The notes: generated by a model from the sequence alone, not told the origin. A DNA stretch of 64,000 nt from Blasia pusilla (GCA_050084515.1 CM114271.1:10912001-10976000), one strand, 5' to 3'. Shown: positions 25,614-40,377, counted from the stretch's first letter. Made by a program: numbers and translations.

Positions 25614-28600
25614 TGTCACATTTGAGAAGCCGATAGGCCGAGATCTATCGTGGATAGGGCATAGGATCCAGCGGACTGTCTTGAGTGTAACTTTGTCCTG
25701 GAGTGTCGGATGAGGTTGAGGATAGGTCCGTTGTGTCAAGAATGTCGTTTTTGACAACTTTCTTGTAGAGGTCTTTCACAGCCGGATGACTTGTTGAGCA
25801 GGTCACCTGCCCTTGGTAACCTGTGCGTGCAGGTTGCTAGAAGGATAGTTATTTTTAGGGGAAGAGCCTTTTGGCTCTTCCCATCCCTATATAAGGGAGG
25901 AAGATGGCTTTCCCAAGCCACCTTTCTCATGTTGGGTCGTTGGAGTACCATTCTTGCTCGTGTGTGTGAGTTAGGATTAGGTGCTAGCGTATGGATTACT
26001 TGATAGCATATGGTGGACGAGGCTCGATATGCCGATGTAGATTGAGGAGTGGAGTTTTAGGCCGGGTGTGCCGTTTTTACTTCTCTTTACATGAGAAAGA
26101 TGTTAGGGGGCTGGTGGGAATTCGTTGTTTGCAGGTAGGCAAGCGAGTTGCCTTGGTGGGTAGCGCTAGAGACACTGGTTGGCATTTTGTTGTCGTTTTG
26201 TTGTTCGAAAGGCCATGCGCGGAAGCGCTGTCCATTTTTCTTTGATTTCTGTATTGTAAGTTGAGGGACAGTGGCTAGGCATAGCGTAGAGTGGGGCGGC
26301 AAGTGTATTGATGAGAGTAACTAGAGAAGGAGGAGAGAAGTGTGAAACATGACTTGCAGCCACCAGGGGGTTGTCAAGTAAAGGCGGCCAGGCTAGGACG
26401 TAGCCGCCTAGGGCTAGGTTAGGTCAAAGACGGAAGAAGGCAGGGCGCGGCACAGTATGTCGGGAGCCTAGGGTTGAGAGTCAGAGTCAGGCCCGAGAGC
26501 CTGGGAGGTAGCGAGGCCAAAGCATAGGGCGGCAAGCCGTGGGCCTTGGCCGAGCACCCCCCCCCCTCCTTTTCCGGACGTAGTCGGCGTCTTCCTCAGG
26601 ATGTAGTAGGCGCCCAATCTAGTCGGCATCTAGACGTGGTAAGGGCAGACATGGTAGGTCGGGCTGACATGGTAGGCAAGGTGGATGTGGTAGAGCGAGG
26701 GACTGAGATGTGGTTGAGGTGAGTTATGTAGTGGGAGAGCGTTGTTGAGACTTGGTGTTTCACGAGCATGGTGGGATTCGCGACGAGAGTTGGGCAGTTA
26801 TTACAAGTCGATTGGGGATCGACGCAGTAGTTCTTCATCGAGTATGGGTGCGAGGGTTGTGATAGAGACACACATACCGATGCTGATGGGAGGTTTAACG
26901 TGTTGGTCGAAGAGAGTGTCGTGTTGCGGAGGTTGCCGCACCATATGGAGGAGTGCGTGTTGACAGTGCCGTAGGTTGGAGGGCATGATCAAGTTACCCA
27001 TTCAAGTCCCTTTTCACTCACTTATCTTATGTGATTGAGAGTGCTGGGTATCGGGTAGTTGCTGGGCTAGATGGGTGTAGCAATGGTGTTGAGTGTAGTC
27101 TCCATGCATGTGTAGCATGTTTATGGATATACGACAGTTGCCGAGTAGGGATCACGTGTATGACCCGAGAGTGTCGGTAGTTTAAGTGAGTTAGTTGGGA
27201 GGCTCATGGTGAGCTTGAGTGTTGAATGTGCATGAGGCCCGGTGTGTTGTCACGAGATTACCATTAGCGTAGGTGAGCTAGTGAGGAATGTGGGAGACTC
27301 TTGGTGAGTCTGAGTGCTTGAGCGGGTAAGACAGGGTTGTTATCACGGTGTTCTTCGTGGGTTCGAAAGAACGGGGTAGCGCGAGCAGTAGTAGTGGTGT
27401 GACAGAGAGTGGAGTGAGATATCAAGGGGTTACGAGTGAGGAGCTACCTCGACTTCCATCCGTGGCTAGATTGTCATCATTGGACAGTGGGTATGGTGAC
27501 CAGATCTCAGACGAAGGCAGTGTCACTTGGCAAGAGATGGACAACATGGGCCATCGGGGCATGCGTCGTTTCTCGGGTGTAGTGGGCACCATCAACTTAG
27601 ATGACTTCATCTAGGAGTTCGTCACGTGGTGTGATTTCCAGGAGATACAGACCTCGACACGGTTCAACTCTTTCATGGCATGGAAGGGGTTGTTCCATCA
27701 CTTGGAGGGTCCTCCAATGGATGATTACATGGAGTTTTGATCGCTATATTCAATAGAGATTGATGCATGGAGGATGTATTGGGCTCTAAGATATGTGTGC
27801 ACTAGTGGTGGCGAGGTATATGATGGTATCGTGAGAGGAGAAAGACCCACACCATCAGCCCAGAGACTAAATGGAGAGGAGCGCAGTGAGACAGGCAATG
27901 TGGCAGAGACCTTTGGTGGTCGAGGCCCACCCAACTTCAGTTCCACAGTGGAGTTCTTCTGACAGTTAGGGAACATCCACCAAGGCGTACGCATCGACAA
28001 GCCGAGGAGTCTACATGATTTTCAGCGACGATTGGGTGAGAGTTTGAGAAAGGTATTCACGCGCATGGGGAGGCTGATCATTGCTACTTATGGAGTGACT
28101 GAGGCGTAGTCAATCCAGTATTGGTAGGGGGTTCTTGACTGAGAACTACATAGGAGAGTCTGAGATGTAGTGTTGATTCACACGGCGAAGCCCACATTGA
28201 AGGTGGTCTTCGAGTTATCTGAGCATATTGAGCTCAACATGATTGAAGATCAGGTAGTGACCATTGGATTTTCTTGAGAGTCGACGGGTCCATGCGCGAC
28301 GGTGATCCCACAGGTGCCACAGCGAGCACTAGTACCATGGGAGTGGGCCAGTGTGCCAAGAGAGCAGGGCGGGTACCGTGAGCCTATGAGGCAACGATCC
28401 ATGCCTACATATGTTGCCTAGCATGGACCGATGTTGTCTTGTTGGACGTGTGGAGGGGCCCATAGGTAGAGAGACTGCCCATAGCATGGGAGAGGACCAC
28501 GAGCGCCTCCGATTGTTCACGAGCCACAAGAGGATGGCCCCACCACAATATCACTGTGACTATTGCCACAGATATGATCACACTAGGGATAGATGTTTTG

Positions 28601-28983
28601 ACCTTCATCGAGAGGCACACCCAAAGGTAGGCTGAGGGACTAGGGGCAATTGTCGAGGAGGAGGTCAAGGAGTTCTTGCTAGACGTGGTGGTAGAGGACC
28701 ACCACTTGCCAAAGGAGATAGAGCAACGCTTCTCTCGGGCATCAATCAGTTGGAGCAGAGGATTGTTGTCATGATGATGATGCAGCTCAAGGAAGGCAGA
28801 GAGCCGAGAGTAGCTAGTGTGGTTCCAACTTCCACCTCTTACCATCACCCAAGTGAGGATCGTGCTAGTATGGGGTTTATGTGTAGTGCAGCTCCTATTG
28901 AGGCTACTGCGGTGGTGACTCGGGATGTTGCGAGAGGCACTGAGCTTTCGAGAGGTGAAGTTGAGATTGATCCACCGGAGGGG
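25614..28983 (+). mobile_element. DNMT-carrying gypsy element, 5' part: LTR/leader and decayed gag with zinc knuckle
   Basis: TGTCACA start. Leader similar to the reverse complement of 63200-64000 and 32000-32600. Gag motifs TESGVRY, FSGVVGTINLDDFI, CDYCHRYDHTRDRCFDLH. Confidence 0.8.
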
Positions 28984-31900
28984 TATGGTGTGCATACACA
29001 TTGCTATACAACCCACATCGCTGGTCACATCTACATACCACACAACACCAATCTTTCCGAACATACGGTAGATCCACACATAAATGAAACATACTCACGC
29101 ATATACAATGGGACCGCACAACCATCCCCTAGCTGGGAGTTGGATCCTAACTCCAAATAGCACTCACATATGTACTTGATAAGATCTCTTATCTATCCTA
29201 TACACATCTAGCACCATCGGTGTCGTCATCCCCGCAACACTCCCTTACTATAGCAACCCGCCGTGTTGATCCCTCCAAAGAGATCTGACACTCTCATACC
29301 CCGCTCCAACATAGGCACGGCTCTATGCGTGCCTCATGAGCTCATCTGCAGTCCACGCATCTCAACGCTTGTCTCCAACAACAATTAACCAACCCTGCAC
29401 CATGGGAAGAGACATCCATCCTGGCATGTCTCTCCGTGGGACTATCCGCTACGGAAATGTCCTCTGCATGTGTGCTCATGTTCCCAAACCCTCATGATCA
29501 GCTAACACCACCTATGAATATTGCCAACGTGGTCACCATATCCTCACGTGGTCGACCACCACTACTCCCTGCAAACAACATCGGTAGATGGCTCACCCAT
29601 CCATCACCTGATGGCTACCCTGGCCGATAAGAAATTGTCTCCTCCCAAAAATCCAGAATGAAACCTAGAGGATACAACATCGTATTCCCTACCAATACAT
29701 CATACAACTCTGCCGATGTTGTAATTTCCCGGGTGCGCACCACCGCACTTTCTCTCTCATGCTCTAGTTGGAGTCTAATCACTAACTCATGCCGGGTCAT
29801 GATCTGCGTGGATGATACGCCCCCAATAGAGGTCTGTATCTGAAAGGGGCAACGCTTGATGTTGCCTTTCCATAATCCCAACGCCAAACGCGCCGCCTTC
29901 CCTAATATCAAGGGCTGCGCTCCCAAATCAAGTAGGACGCGCTGCGGGTGGTACACCTATGGGACTAACCAAGCAAAACACTCTTGCTCGGTTATCCCAC
30001 AACACCACACCTTGTGTGATCATGGCTTGCTCAATGGCCGGTGAAGCTGGCATGTCTACCACCTTCGCCGCCACCGCATGCCATGACTTAGTGGGGGACG
30101 TCTCAAGCTCCTGCTCTAAGGGCAAGTCCACCACCTCCTCAACTATCTTTGAATGAGAGGCAATCACCTCTCCATGCTGACATAACGTGGCGGCCAGCCG
30201 GAACACCTCCGCTGGTCCAACTCTTAACGTCGCCAACTTCATGGCGGAAAACAACGGAGCGTGGGTTACCCTAGTGGCCACCTCCAACAACATGGTCGAC
30301 ACTGGGTCCTCCCCAACCGGCATAGGAGTCATCTCTCCAACTCCTTATGACACTGAAGCAAATGTCCCACCTGTGGGTACTACCGGTTGTCGAGGCACCA
30401 TCGACGGTGTATGTAGTGCCTTCGACAATGTGAACAACTAGGAAACCCTGGCTTACCGCTAATCAGTTCCCTCCTGTGGGTCAATCTCAACCCCACCTCT
30501 TGATGGCTCGGTTACTCTCGCAGCACCCCGAGTCACCACCGCAGCAGCCTCAACTTGAGCCGCACTACACATAAATCCCATCCCCGCAGAATCCTCACCA
30601 GCATCGTGGTACGATGTGGAGGCTGGCACCACACTAGCTACTCTTAACTCTGGGCCTGCCTATAGCTGTATCATCGTCATGGCAGCAATCCTTTGCTCCA
30701 ACAGATCAATGCGTGTAAGGAGCATTGCATTGGGTGCACGTCCTCCATCTCCTCTGACTGGTGATGGCATTCTTCCACCACGATCACCCACCACTCGATC
30801 TCCACCAACTCTCTCGCCCCCAAGTCCTCTACCTACCTCTGGACATACCTCATGGCAAAGATCGTAACACCTATCCCCAGTGTGACCATATTGGTGACAA
30901 TGATCACACTGCAACTGTGGTGGGGCCGTCCTCTATGCTCCTAAGCAATTAGAGGCATGAGTGGCCCTCTCCCATGCTGTGGGCAGTCCCTCTGCCCATG
31001 TGACCCACCACATGTCCAACAATCCAACCATGGTCCCTGTTGGGAAACATATGTCGGTACAGGCCGTTGCCTCGTCGGCTCACGATACTCAACCTGCTCT
31101 CTAGGCCCACCGGCCTGCTCCTGTGGTATTGGTGCATGCGGGGATACATGTGGGTCTACTCCTACTCGTCAACCCATCGAATCCCGTGAAAATCCCGTGG
31201 TCACCACATGCTCCTCACTCATGTTGAGCTCTACCCGCTCAGAAAACTTGAAGACCACCTTCAATGTGGGCTTCGCCATGTGAAGCAACATTGCATACCA
31301 AATTCTCCTTCGTAGCTCCTCATCCAGCACCCCGTACCAATACTGCACTAACTATGCCTCATTCATCCCATATGTGGCAATGATCAGTATTCGCATGTTC
31401 GTGAATGCCTCCCTCAGATTCTCACTCAATCTCCGCTGAAAATCCTGTAGACTCTTCAGCTTGTCGGTCCGCACACCTTGATACCTCCTCCCCAATTGTC
31501 AGAAGAACTCCACTGTAGGACTAAAACTCGGTGGTCCTCTACCATGAGAAGTCTTTGCCACCTCACCACTCTCACTGCCATCCTCTCCATCTAGTCCCCG
31601 GGCTGATGGTGAAGGTCTTTCCGCTCTCACTATCCCATCATACGCCTAGCGGCCACTAGTGGACACATACCCTGGATCCCAACACACCCTCCAGACATCG
31701 ATCTCTATAGAGTATAGAGATCAGAATTCCATGTAGTCATCCATCGGTGGACCCTCCAAGAGGTGGAACAACCCCTTCCATGCCATAAAAGGGTTGAACC
31801 GCGTAGGGGTCCGTTTCTCTTGGAAGTCGCACCATGTGTCGAACTCCTAGATGAAATTGTCAAGATCTATGATGCCTACCGCACCCGAGAAATGATGTAT

Positions 31901-33977
31901 GCCCTAATGGCCCATGTTGTCCATCTCTCCCCACGTGACACTGTCTCTGTTTGCGATCTCGTCACCAGACCCGTTGTCTAGTGATGAAGATCCAGCCACG
32001 GACGGGAGTCAGGGTGGTTCCTCACTAGAAACCCCTCGATACCTCACACCACTCCATATCACTCCACTACCACTACTCGTACTACCCCGTTCTTCCGAAC
32101 CCTGGAAGAACGCCGTGATGATAACCTTGTCTCACCTGCTCAAGCACTCAGACTCACCAAGAGTCTCCCACACTCCTCACTAGCTCACCTACGGTAATGG
32201 TAATTCCGTGACGACACACCCGGCCTCAGGCATACTCAACACTCAGACTCACCATGAGCCTTCCAACTAACTCACCTAAGCTACTAATACTCTTGGGTCA
32301 TACACGTGATCCTTACTCGGCAACCGCCATATATCCACCAACATGCTACACATGAAAGGAGTCTACACTTGCCACCATCACTACACCCATCTAACACCCA
32401 CCTAACACCAGCAACTACCCGATACCCACCACTCTCAATCACACAAGATAAGTGCAAGAAAAGGGACTCAAATGGGTAAAGTGAACACGCCCTCCAACCT
32501 ACTGCACCGTCAACACTCACTCCTCCATGTGGTACGGCAACCTCCGCAACACAACACTCTCCTCGACCAACACGTCGAACGTCCCATTAGCAGATGCGGA
32601 CTGCCCGTCGGCATTAGCACCAGTATCTCCACCACTAACACTCCAACCCAATTTTTGGTGTGGATCACTTGTCTCACCCCCAGTCAACAGCAAAAATTTC
32701 GTCGCCACCCCCAACTATAGTATCAACTCGTCGAACGGTGTAACCGCCTACCGCATCCGCCCAACCATGTAACCCTTGTCCAACCGTGCCCCCTACCTGG
32801 TATGCTCCAACCACATACCCAATTACTACGTTGTCCATCCTGCCATGGTTGTACCACGTCGCCCATCCTACCATGTTCAACTCCTACTCACCCGGTCCCA
32901 ATCATGTTCTGAACCTCTACTCTTCAAATAAATACTAGCCCCCACACGACGCTCTGCGTTCCTGCCACCTCCTTACTCACACCTTTGTTAATTCCTTCCG
33001 AGCCCAGGTGCGCTGCCCTATGGAGCCGCGCTCATCCCTTTCTCCTTTTGACCAACCCTAAATGTGGGTTTAAACCAACCCTAAACCGCACCTCTCCCAA
33101 CACCTCCCAATCCCTTACTTCTGTCCTCCAGCCCTATGTGGATGCCTTCCGCAGCTCCGCTCCCCAGCCTCCGTCCGACTCCTCTGCTTCCTTCCTCGGC
33201 CCCTACCTTAGAGCCTTAAATGCGGGGGAAGGGGGCATGGCCCGCGCCCCTATGCCTCTCCTCTAACCTTGGAGCCTTAATGGCTCTTGGCCCCTTGCCT
33301 AGCCGCGGCCCTAGCCCCCTCATGCAAACTTACCCTCCTCTCTACATCTAAGGGCACGTGGCCCTATCCGGGCTCCCCACAACCTCAAAGCTCCCTTGCC
33401 CCGACTTCATTACAGCCCGGCCCTTCCTTCCAATCGCGGCGCCACTAGCCCCTCAACCTCCCAACTTCATCGGACCTGCAGCGGCGCAGTCTCGACTATC
33501 CCTACATATTCTGGCATGTGTCCCTATGGATGCGGACCTCATCACGTGCCCTACGTAGCCGTATTTCTACGCCGGCGGTCGGATCTCACTGTACACGTAT
33601 ATCATACCCACGTGCACCCATGTACCAACTGTAAGTACCACGTATCTCCTACACAATCACACACGTCTATGCAAGAGAGGCGTTCCTAAGGCTCAACATG
33701 AGAAAGATGGCTTGAGAAAGCCATCTCTCTCACTCTTATACCCAAAAATAGCCTCCAAATGGTAACTTCCGTGCATAGGTTATTGGGTGACTGTTGACTC
33801 GGTCAACGGGTCACCTGATAGCCTAAAACCAAAATAGGGAAATCTCCATAAACAACGTTCCGGACACAATAGAACTGTTGCTAACCTCATCCGACATCCC
33901 GGGATGAAGTTACACCCGAATAGCCCGCTGACTCTCGACTGGATAGAACTCTACCTTTGTCAAAATAAGATATGACA
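28984..33977 (-). mobile_element. Nested, internally deleted copy of the DNMT-carrying gypsy family (LTR/leader, gag, protease, DNMT motif I, then 3' region)
   Basis: TGTCATA start at 33977. CDHCHQYGHTGDRC zinc knuckle, protease RVLLDLGAQPLILG, and SDLFGGI at about 29288-29268, then a jump to sequence matching 16630-16810. Confidence 0.8.
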
Positions 33978-36281
33978 GGGGATAGATGGGCGACAAGCTA
34001 GGGTTCCACAGTTGTTCACATTGTCAGAGGCACTACACACACCATCGATGGTGCCTACAAGTTAGGCAAGTGCGTCGACCTCACAAGGAGCTGGAGTGGC
34101 ATCTCCTATGGCTCGAGTGGAGTTAGTGTCAACCACAATATTGGAGGTGGCAACCAGGGTGAGCCAGGCTCCGTTATTTTCTGCCATAGAGTTGGCAAGG
34201 CTGGGAGTTGGACCAGCTGAGGTGTTTCGGTTGGTCGCCATGTTGTGTGAACGTGGAGAGATGACTGCCTCTTGTTCAGAGGTAGTTGAGGAGGTGGTGG
34301 ACTTGCCCTCAGAGCACGTGCCCGGGACGTCCACCATAGAGTCATAGCATGCGGCGGCGGCAAAGTTGGTAGATATGCCAACTCGACCGGCCATAGAGCG
34401 GGCCATGGTGACACCTGGCGTGGTGTTATTGGATGCTTTCTAATTTAATTTTACCCAATGCAGGTTAAACTCGAGACTCTGGTGGAGGCCTTTTTGTCAT
34501 TGTATGTAACCGAGGTGGAGTATTTGGCTTGGTTAGTCCGACACGGACAATGTATCACCCGCAGCATGTCCTACTTGATTCGGGAGCATAGCCCTTGATG
34601 TTAGGGAAGGCGGCGTGTTTAGCGTTGGGGTTCCGAAAGGCTGACATTGAACCTTGTCCCTTCTAGATACATACCTCAATTGGGGGTGTGTTAGCCGCAT
34701 AGTATATGACTCGACAAGAGATAGTTGTCAAAGTCCAGCCAGAGCATGCGATAGATAGTGCTATGGTGTGCACACGTGCGATTACGACACCAAATGAGTC
34801 CTACGATGTGTTGGTGGGGAGTACAGTGTTATATCCCCTAGGATTCATCCTTGACTTTTAGGAGGAGACATTGCTTATCGGCGAGAGTGGCGGTCAGGTG
34901 ACGGGCGGATGACTCAATTATGTGCAATTTAGGGGATGAGGGGGTTGACCACGAGACGAGTGTGTGACCATGTTGGAATCTTTCACAAGTAGTGTTAGCT
35001 GGCCGGGAGAGTTATCGGAGGGGAACACACATACGGAGGATGTCCCAGTGGCTAATATTCCCACACAAAGACATGCCATGGCGAGTGTCTCTTCCCATGT
35101 TGGTGAGACCTCTTCACCATTGTGGGGTACAACTCGAGAGCTATAGAGGAGTGCCAACGACCTCGTGAGGCAGGAGTGGAATCATGCCTTTATCCCGGAG
35201 CAACGAGAGTCAAGTGGCGATCAGACTCCTGGAGTGGAGACGTGACACCACTGGATACCACACCTATTGTGTGGGACTATCCAGAGGAGGGTGTTAGGAT
35301 GCTAGATGTCTTCCGAGGGATTAGCACCAGATTAGCTGCGATGTTGCAGGCGAGCATACGGGTGCATTAGTACCTTTACGTGGAGAGAGATGAGACCACG
35401 CGGCGAGTATCATCACGTTACTTGGAAAAATTGGTCGAGAGGTATCCTCAATTGTTGCTAGTATCTACAGTACGGGGGTATCATCATACACTACCCGCCG
35501 ACATCTCTTTGGTGGTGGTGGGGGGGGGCGGGGGCAAGATCTTGATAGAGTTGGCACCATTCATTTGGTGATTTTTGGATGGCCATAGTAGGATCATTCA
35601 TCACTTGGCCAAGGGTTTGGATTGCAAGATCCAAAGTCAGGGATGTTTTGGGAGATGCTACGAGTAGTGGGACACTTGTAGGAGAGTCAGACATGTTCTC
35701 CAACGTACATTTTGGAAAACGTGTCATTTTTTGGAGAGACTCGTGCACGTGTGATGACGAGTGTGCATCAAGTGAGGTCTTGGTTGGGACCTGCTATGTT
35801 GTTAGATGCAGCAAGTGTTGGATCACACGCCCACCGTCCACGACTATGGTACATGAACTTGATACCATCAGAGGTATTGAGTCGAGCACACGATGGAGTC
35901 TAGAGAGCACCACATCTCACAATGGATGTTATTCAGGTGGTGACGCGGGATGATAGATCACCGTTGGCGATAGCAATAGGGTGGGGGAGTTGAGGGGAGC
36001 CTTACCTACGTTGGTGAGCTTCCCAGCGTCCTATGCCTTTTGTTAGGGAGGGCCAGACATGATTTGGGATGAGATGACCTGAGTATTGGAGGAGCCTATG
36101 GCAGATGAGCGCGAGTGCGCCATGGGGTTCACTACCAGTACATCGACGGTGCCAAGTATGATTGGAGCATCACGAAGACAGGTGTTAACGTTGGGACAAG
36201 CGATGGACCTCAATTGTCTCACATGGATAGTCAACCTAGGTATGGCTGAGCAGAGATGGATGCGAGTGTCATCCATGCTGT
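33978..36281 (+). mobile_element. Continuation of the host DNMT-carrying gypsy element: gag end, protease, C5 DNA methyltransferase
   Basis: Resumes the sequence broken at 28983. Protease VLLDSGA*PLMLG at about 34568-34606. Confidence 0.85.
35280..36250 (+). pseudogene. C5-cytosine DNA methyltransferase domain (DNMT3-like) within the gypsy polyprotein
   Basis: Ordered motifs: I MLDVFRGIS, II YVERD, IV IFGWP** (35577-35591, Cys position lost), VI YILENV (35706-35723), VIII AHRPRLWYMNL, IX ERECAMGF, X RRQVLTLGQAMD. Stops and frameshifts present. Confidence 0.85.
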
Positions 36282-39200
36282 AGTGGAAAACTGCTAAAGA
36301 AGCATAACTGGTGGGAAACGACTCTCACACTCACACACCACCATGGAGAACAAAATTTGCAATGAGAGAATGAGTGGAGGCTGGTCCCCTTCTCAATTAT
36401 GTAGGGTATGTACAAGCAATCCTAACCCTAACCTTAACCATAGTCTCGAGTTAGACTAAGTGTGATTAACTAATCCTAGTTAAGATAATCGCGCTTAACT
36501 CACTAACCAAGATTAAGCTTCCCTACTTCGTGTGAGTACAAAATATAGCAGTTCAGGTGTCTCATGAGCTTGACTATAACTCAATCTTCAATACTCCCCC
36601 TCAAGCTCATATCAATATCTCTAACACCTAAATAATTTCTTAACATCTCAAACTTATCTCTAGACAATGCCTTTGTAAAGATGTCAACAATTTGCTGATC
36701 TATACCTATATACACAAGATCAATTTCTCCTGCAAGTACTTTCTCTCTCATAAAATGATAAGGTGAGGTTTTCAAGATGCTTGCATAAATTGGCTCACAA
36801 GGCCAACAACATAGCTCAAATCTAGTGTGGTTATAGTTAGATAGATTAAACTTCCAACCATATGTCTGTACATATTAGAATCTGCAAGCAGCTCTTCTTC
36901 ATCCACTCTTAGCTTGACATTGGTCCAACAGTGTAGAGATTGGCTTACAAGCGGTCATATCATATTTTGAAAGTATATGAAGAGCATATTATCGTTGTAG
37001 TAACCACATGCTCTCTCCAACCTTAATAAACTCAATATTAAGGAAGTACTTGAGTTCTCCCAAGTCCTTCATATCAAATTTTGCTTATAACTTAAGCTTA
37101 ACGTGTTGTACCATTTCTTCATTACTCCCAATAATCAGGAGATTGGCAACATACAACACAATGAGAACCGTATGATCTTGTCCTCTCAAGACATATAACG
37201 AGGAGATAGAATCACATATCCTAAAACCCAACTCTTGTATGACGTATATAATCTTGCCATACCAAGCTCTTGGAGCTTTTTGAGCCCGTATAGAGCTTTC
37301 TTCAACTTGCATACGCGAAATGGAAACTTGGGATGCTCGTATCAAAGTGGTTGAGTCATATATACCTCCTCGTATAGATATTCATTCAAGAAGGAATTCT
37401 TGATGTCCATGTGATATAATGTCCACTTCTTACTTATTGCAACTGCAACCAGTATTCTTGTAGTCACCATCTTTGCAACATGGCTAAATGTTCCTCATAA
37501 TCGATGCCATATTGTTGTGCATAGCTCTTAGCCACCAATCTTGCTTTGTATCTATTAATTGTACCTTCATGATTGCGCTTGATTTTGTAAAAATATTTGC
37601 AACCAATAGCTTCCTTACCTGAAGGTATATCAACCAGCTCCCATGTCTGTTGACGTCTTAATGCAGCAAGCTCTTCCTCCATAGCTTCAATCCATTCGAA
37701 TTTACTTGCAGCTTCTTCAAAATAACTGAGTTCCTGTTCTTAAAGGGTAGTAATCAAATATGCATGATGTATCGTAAGAAAACCTTCATTTATGAATCTA
37801 TGAAGTGGATGAGTAACTCTATTTGATCTACGAAGTTGTTGTTCAAAGGTAGATGCCTCTAACACTTGACTTGAGCCCTGACTAGTGTTAACAGATTGAA
37901 TACGTACTCTTCTCGTCCATGGACTCACAGATTTAACTGATGAATCTAAAACCTCTCCTAATCTTGCACTAGTACTTGGGGAAGTTGAAGACAATGTTTG
38001 TTGGTTTACAGTCATATTCTCCCCCTCAACAGACGAGTTTAGAGATGGAATAGGCTCAGATGGAGCATACCATGACTTTAGCTCATCAAAGACAACAATA
38101 CGACTAATAACAAACTGCCTAGAGGATGGAATGTAGCACTTATACCCCTTAGTTCCATCTGTATAGCCAATGAAGATACATCTTTTAGACTTGGGGTATA
38201 ATTTTTGACGTCTCTCAGAAGGAACATGAGCATAACAAATACAACCAAATACTTTCAAGAAGGAGAAATCAGGTTTATTTCCTATGAAGACTTCGAATGG
38301 GGTTTTATCATGAACTCCTCATGTTGGAGTTTGGTTGATTAAGAAGAGTGCACATGCTATAGCCTCTGCCCAATACACCTTAGGCATATTCTTCTCATTC
38401 AGCATAGCTCGTGCCGCTTCAGTAATATGTTGATTCTTCCTCTCACCCACTCCATTCTGTTGTGGAGTGTGACGACAAGTCACTTGACGTTGGATGCCAT
38501 TCTAACGTAAATAATTATCAAACTCTATTGAAGGATACTCTCCTCCTCCGTCACAACGCAATTTCATAATGTGTTCTCTAGTTTGCTTCTCTACACGAAC
38601 TCTGAATGTTTGGAACTCTGAGAATACCTCTAACTTGGCGTTCAGAAAGTATACCCATATATATCTAGAGAAATCATCAATAAATGAAACAAAGTATTGG
38701 CAACCACTAAGGCTATGTTGTGATGCTATCCACACATCACTATGGATCAACTCCAATATCGTGGATGCTCTTCTACCTTGCTTTGGAAAATGAAATCTAG
38801 CTTGTTTTCCAAATTGGCAAGCAGGACATAGCTCTAACGTAGCAAGACTCGCTAATTCATATGTCCAATTCTTTTATGCCACACATTTAGATTTGTGACT
38901 TGTTGGATGGTTTGACCATACATTGTTGTTTGAATCTCTGGCATAGAAACATCTAATTTGAACATTCTGCCAGATCTAGTTCCTTTGGCTATCGTAGTCT
39001 CGTCATCCATTGTTTCAATGAAACAACCATTTGCGTTAAATTTCACTTGATAACCCTGTTCTACTATCTGTCCTACACAGATCAGGTTTCTTGCAATGGT
39101 AGGAATATAGAAAATATTTCCAAGAGCATAAAGACCATCTAATGCTATTGGAACTTTACCGGTTGTGTGATATGATGTTGAGTGTCATCTCCTGTGAGCA

Positions 39201-40330
39201 CAATTGTAAGATCTTTCACCAGCTCCAAACTACTAAACCATTTAGCTTGTGAGGTCATGTGATTTGATGCACCAAAGTCAATGTACCAAATCTATTGTCG
39301 AATCTTTCTTGATGATTGCTCCCATATGATGAGTCATAACCAAGAGATGCTCCGTTTATGAATGTTGTTGTTCTTGGTACTACTCTTGGTGTTGCTGCTC
39401 CACATAGTTTTGTTGTTGTAAGGCTCATGTTCTCATATCTGCCTTCTTTTTGAAATAAAACTTTGCATAGTGACCCTTTATCCCACAGTAATTGCAAGAT
39501 CTAAGGACCTTTTGTTGTTGACCTCGACCCCAACGGTTTCCACCATCACCACCTTGTGATTGTGTCTAGTACTGATTCGTAGTTGATTGAGTGACGTTAT
39601 ATTGAGTGCCTCTTCCTCCATATGCTTGATATCCACCACGAACATGGAAGCTTCTGCCACGATCCTTACCTCGACCCCTGCCTCTGTTTGATCCATAATC
39701 TGCAAATAGCGCACTCTCTTGTAGGTATGACAAGCTGCCGCTGCCTACTAGGCACGTCTCTTCACTGATTAACAGTGGAACTAACTCTTGAAAGGTTGGA
39801 TACTTCTCTCTCATGAAGATAGAGGTCTCAAAGGACTTATAATCCTTGGGAAGGCCTTGAAGAGTGAAAAAAATTAGATCATCATCTTCTACTATCACTC
39901 CAATGCTATTCAACTGATCAACAATATGTCTGATACTCAAAATATAATCATTGATGCTCTACGATCCTTTCCTCACTTCATTCAATTTCCGTTTCAATTG
40001 AAGCTTTCTGGCCTTTGTAGATATCTAGAATAGCTTTTCCAATGCATCCTAGGTCTCCTTCGGAACATCAACATCTTGAATGTGACCTATCATTGGCGAA
40101 TTGATTGTTATTGAAATGTAGTGGATTACTTGCCTTGTGCGTTTGTTCCAGACGCGAACATTCAAGTCTATTGAGTCACCTTCTCGCTTGGCCTCATCAC
40201 CTGTGACAAGCTCCCAAAGTTCTTGATCAATCAGAAATTGTTTCATGTAAAACTTCCAGACATTGTAATTCTGCTTCTCTAGCTTCGTGCCTATGATTGC
40301 TGTTGAGGAATATTCCATGACGAACAATTT
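36282..40330 (-). mobile_element. Decayed Ty1/copia retrotransposon: gag, GAG-pre-integrase, integrase, RT, RNase H; PPT 36594-36605 and 3' LTR 36282-36593; 5' LTR missing
   Basis: KLEKQNYNVWKFYM, WHKRIGHMN, LIHSDVW...FIDDFSRY, VFGCICY, YKARLVAK, VDIFTKAL. Domain order INT before RT. The purine tract GAGGGGGAG abuts the LTR. Confidence 0.93.
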
Positions 40331-40377
40331 TACTCCCAAACAAACGTATGTGCTTCGCTTGTGTACCAAAAGCTCAT

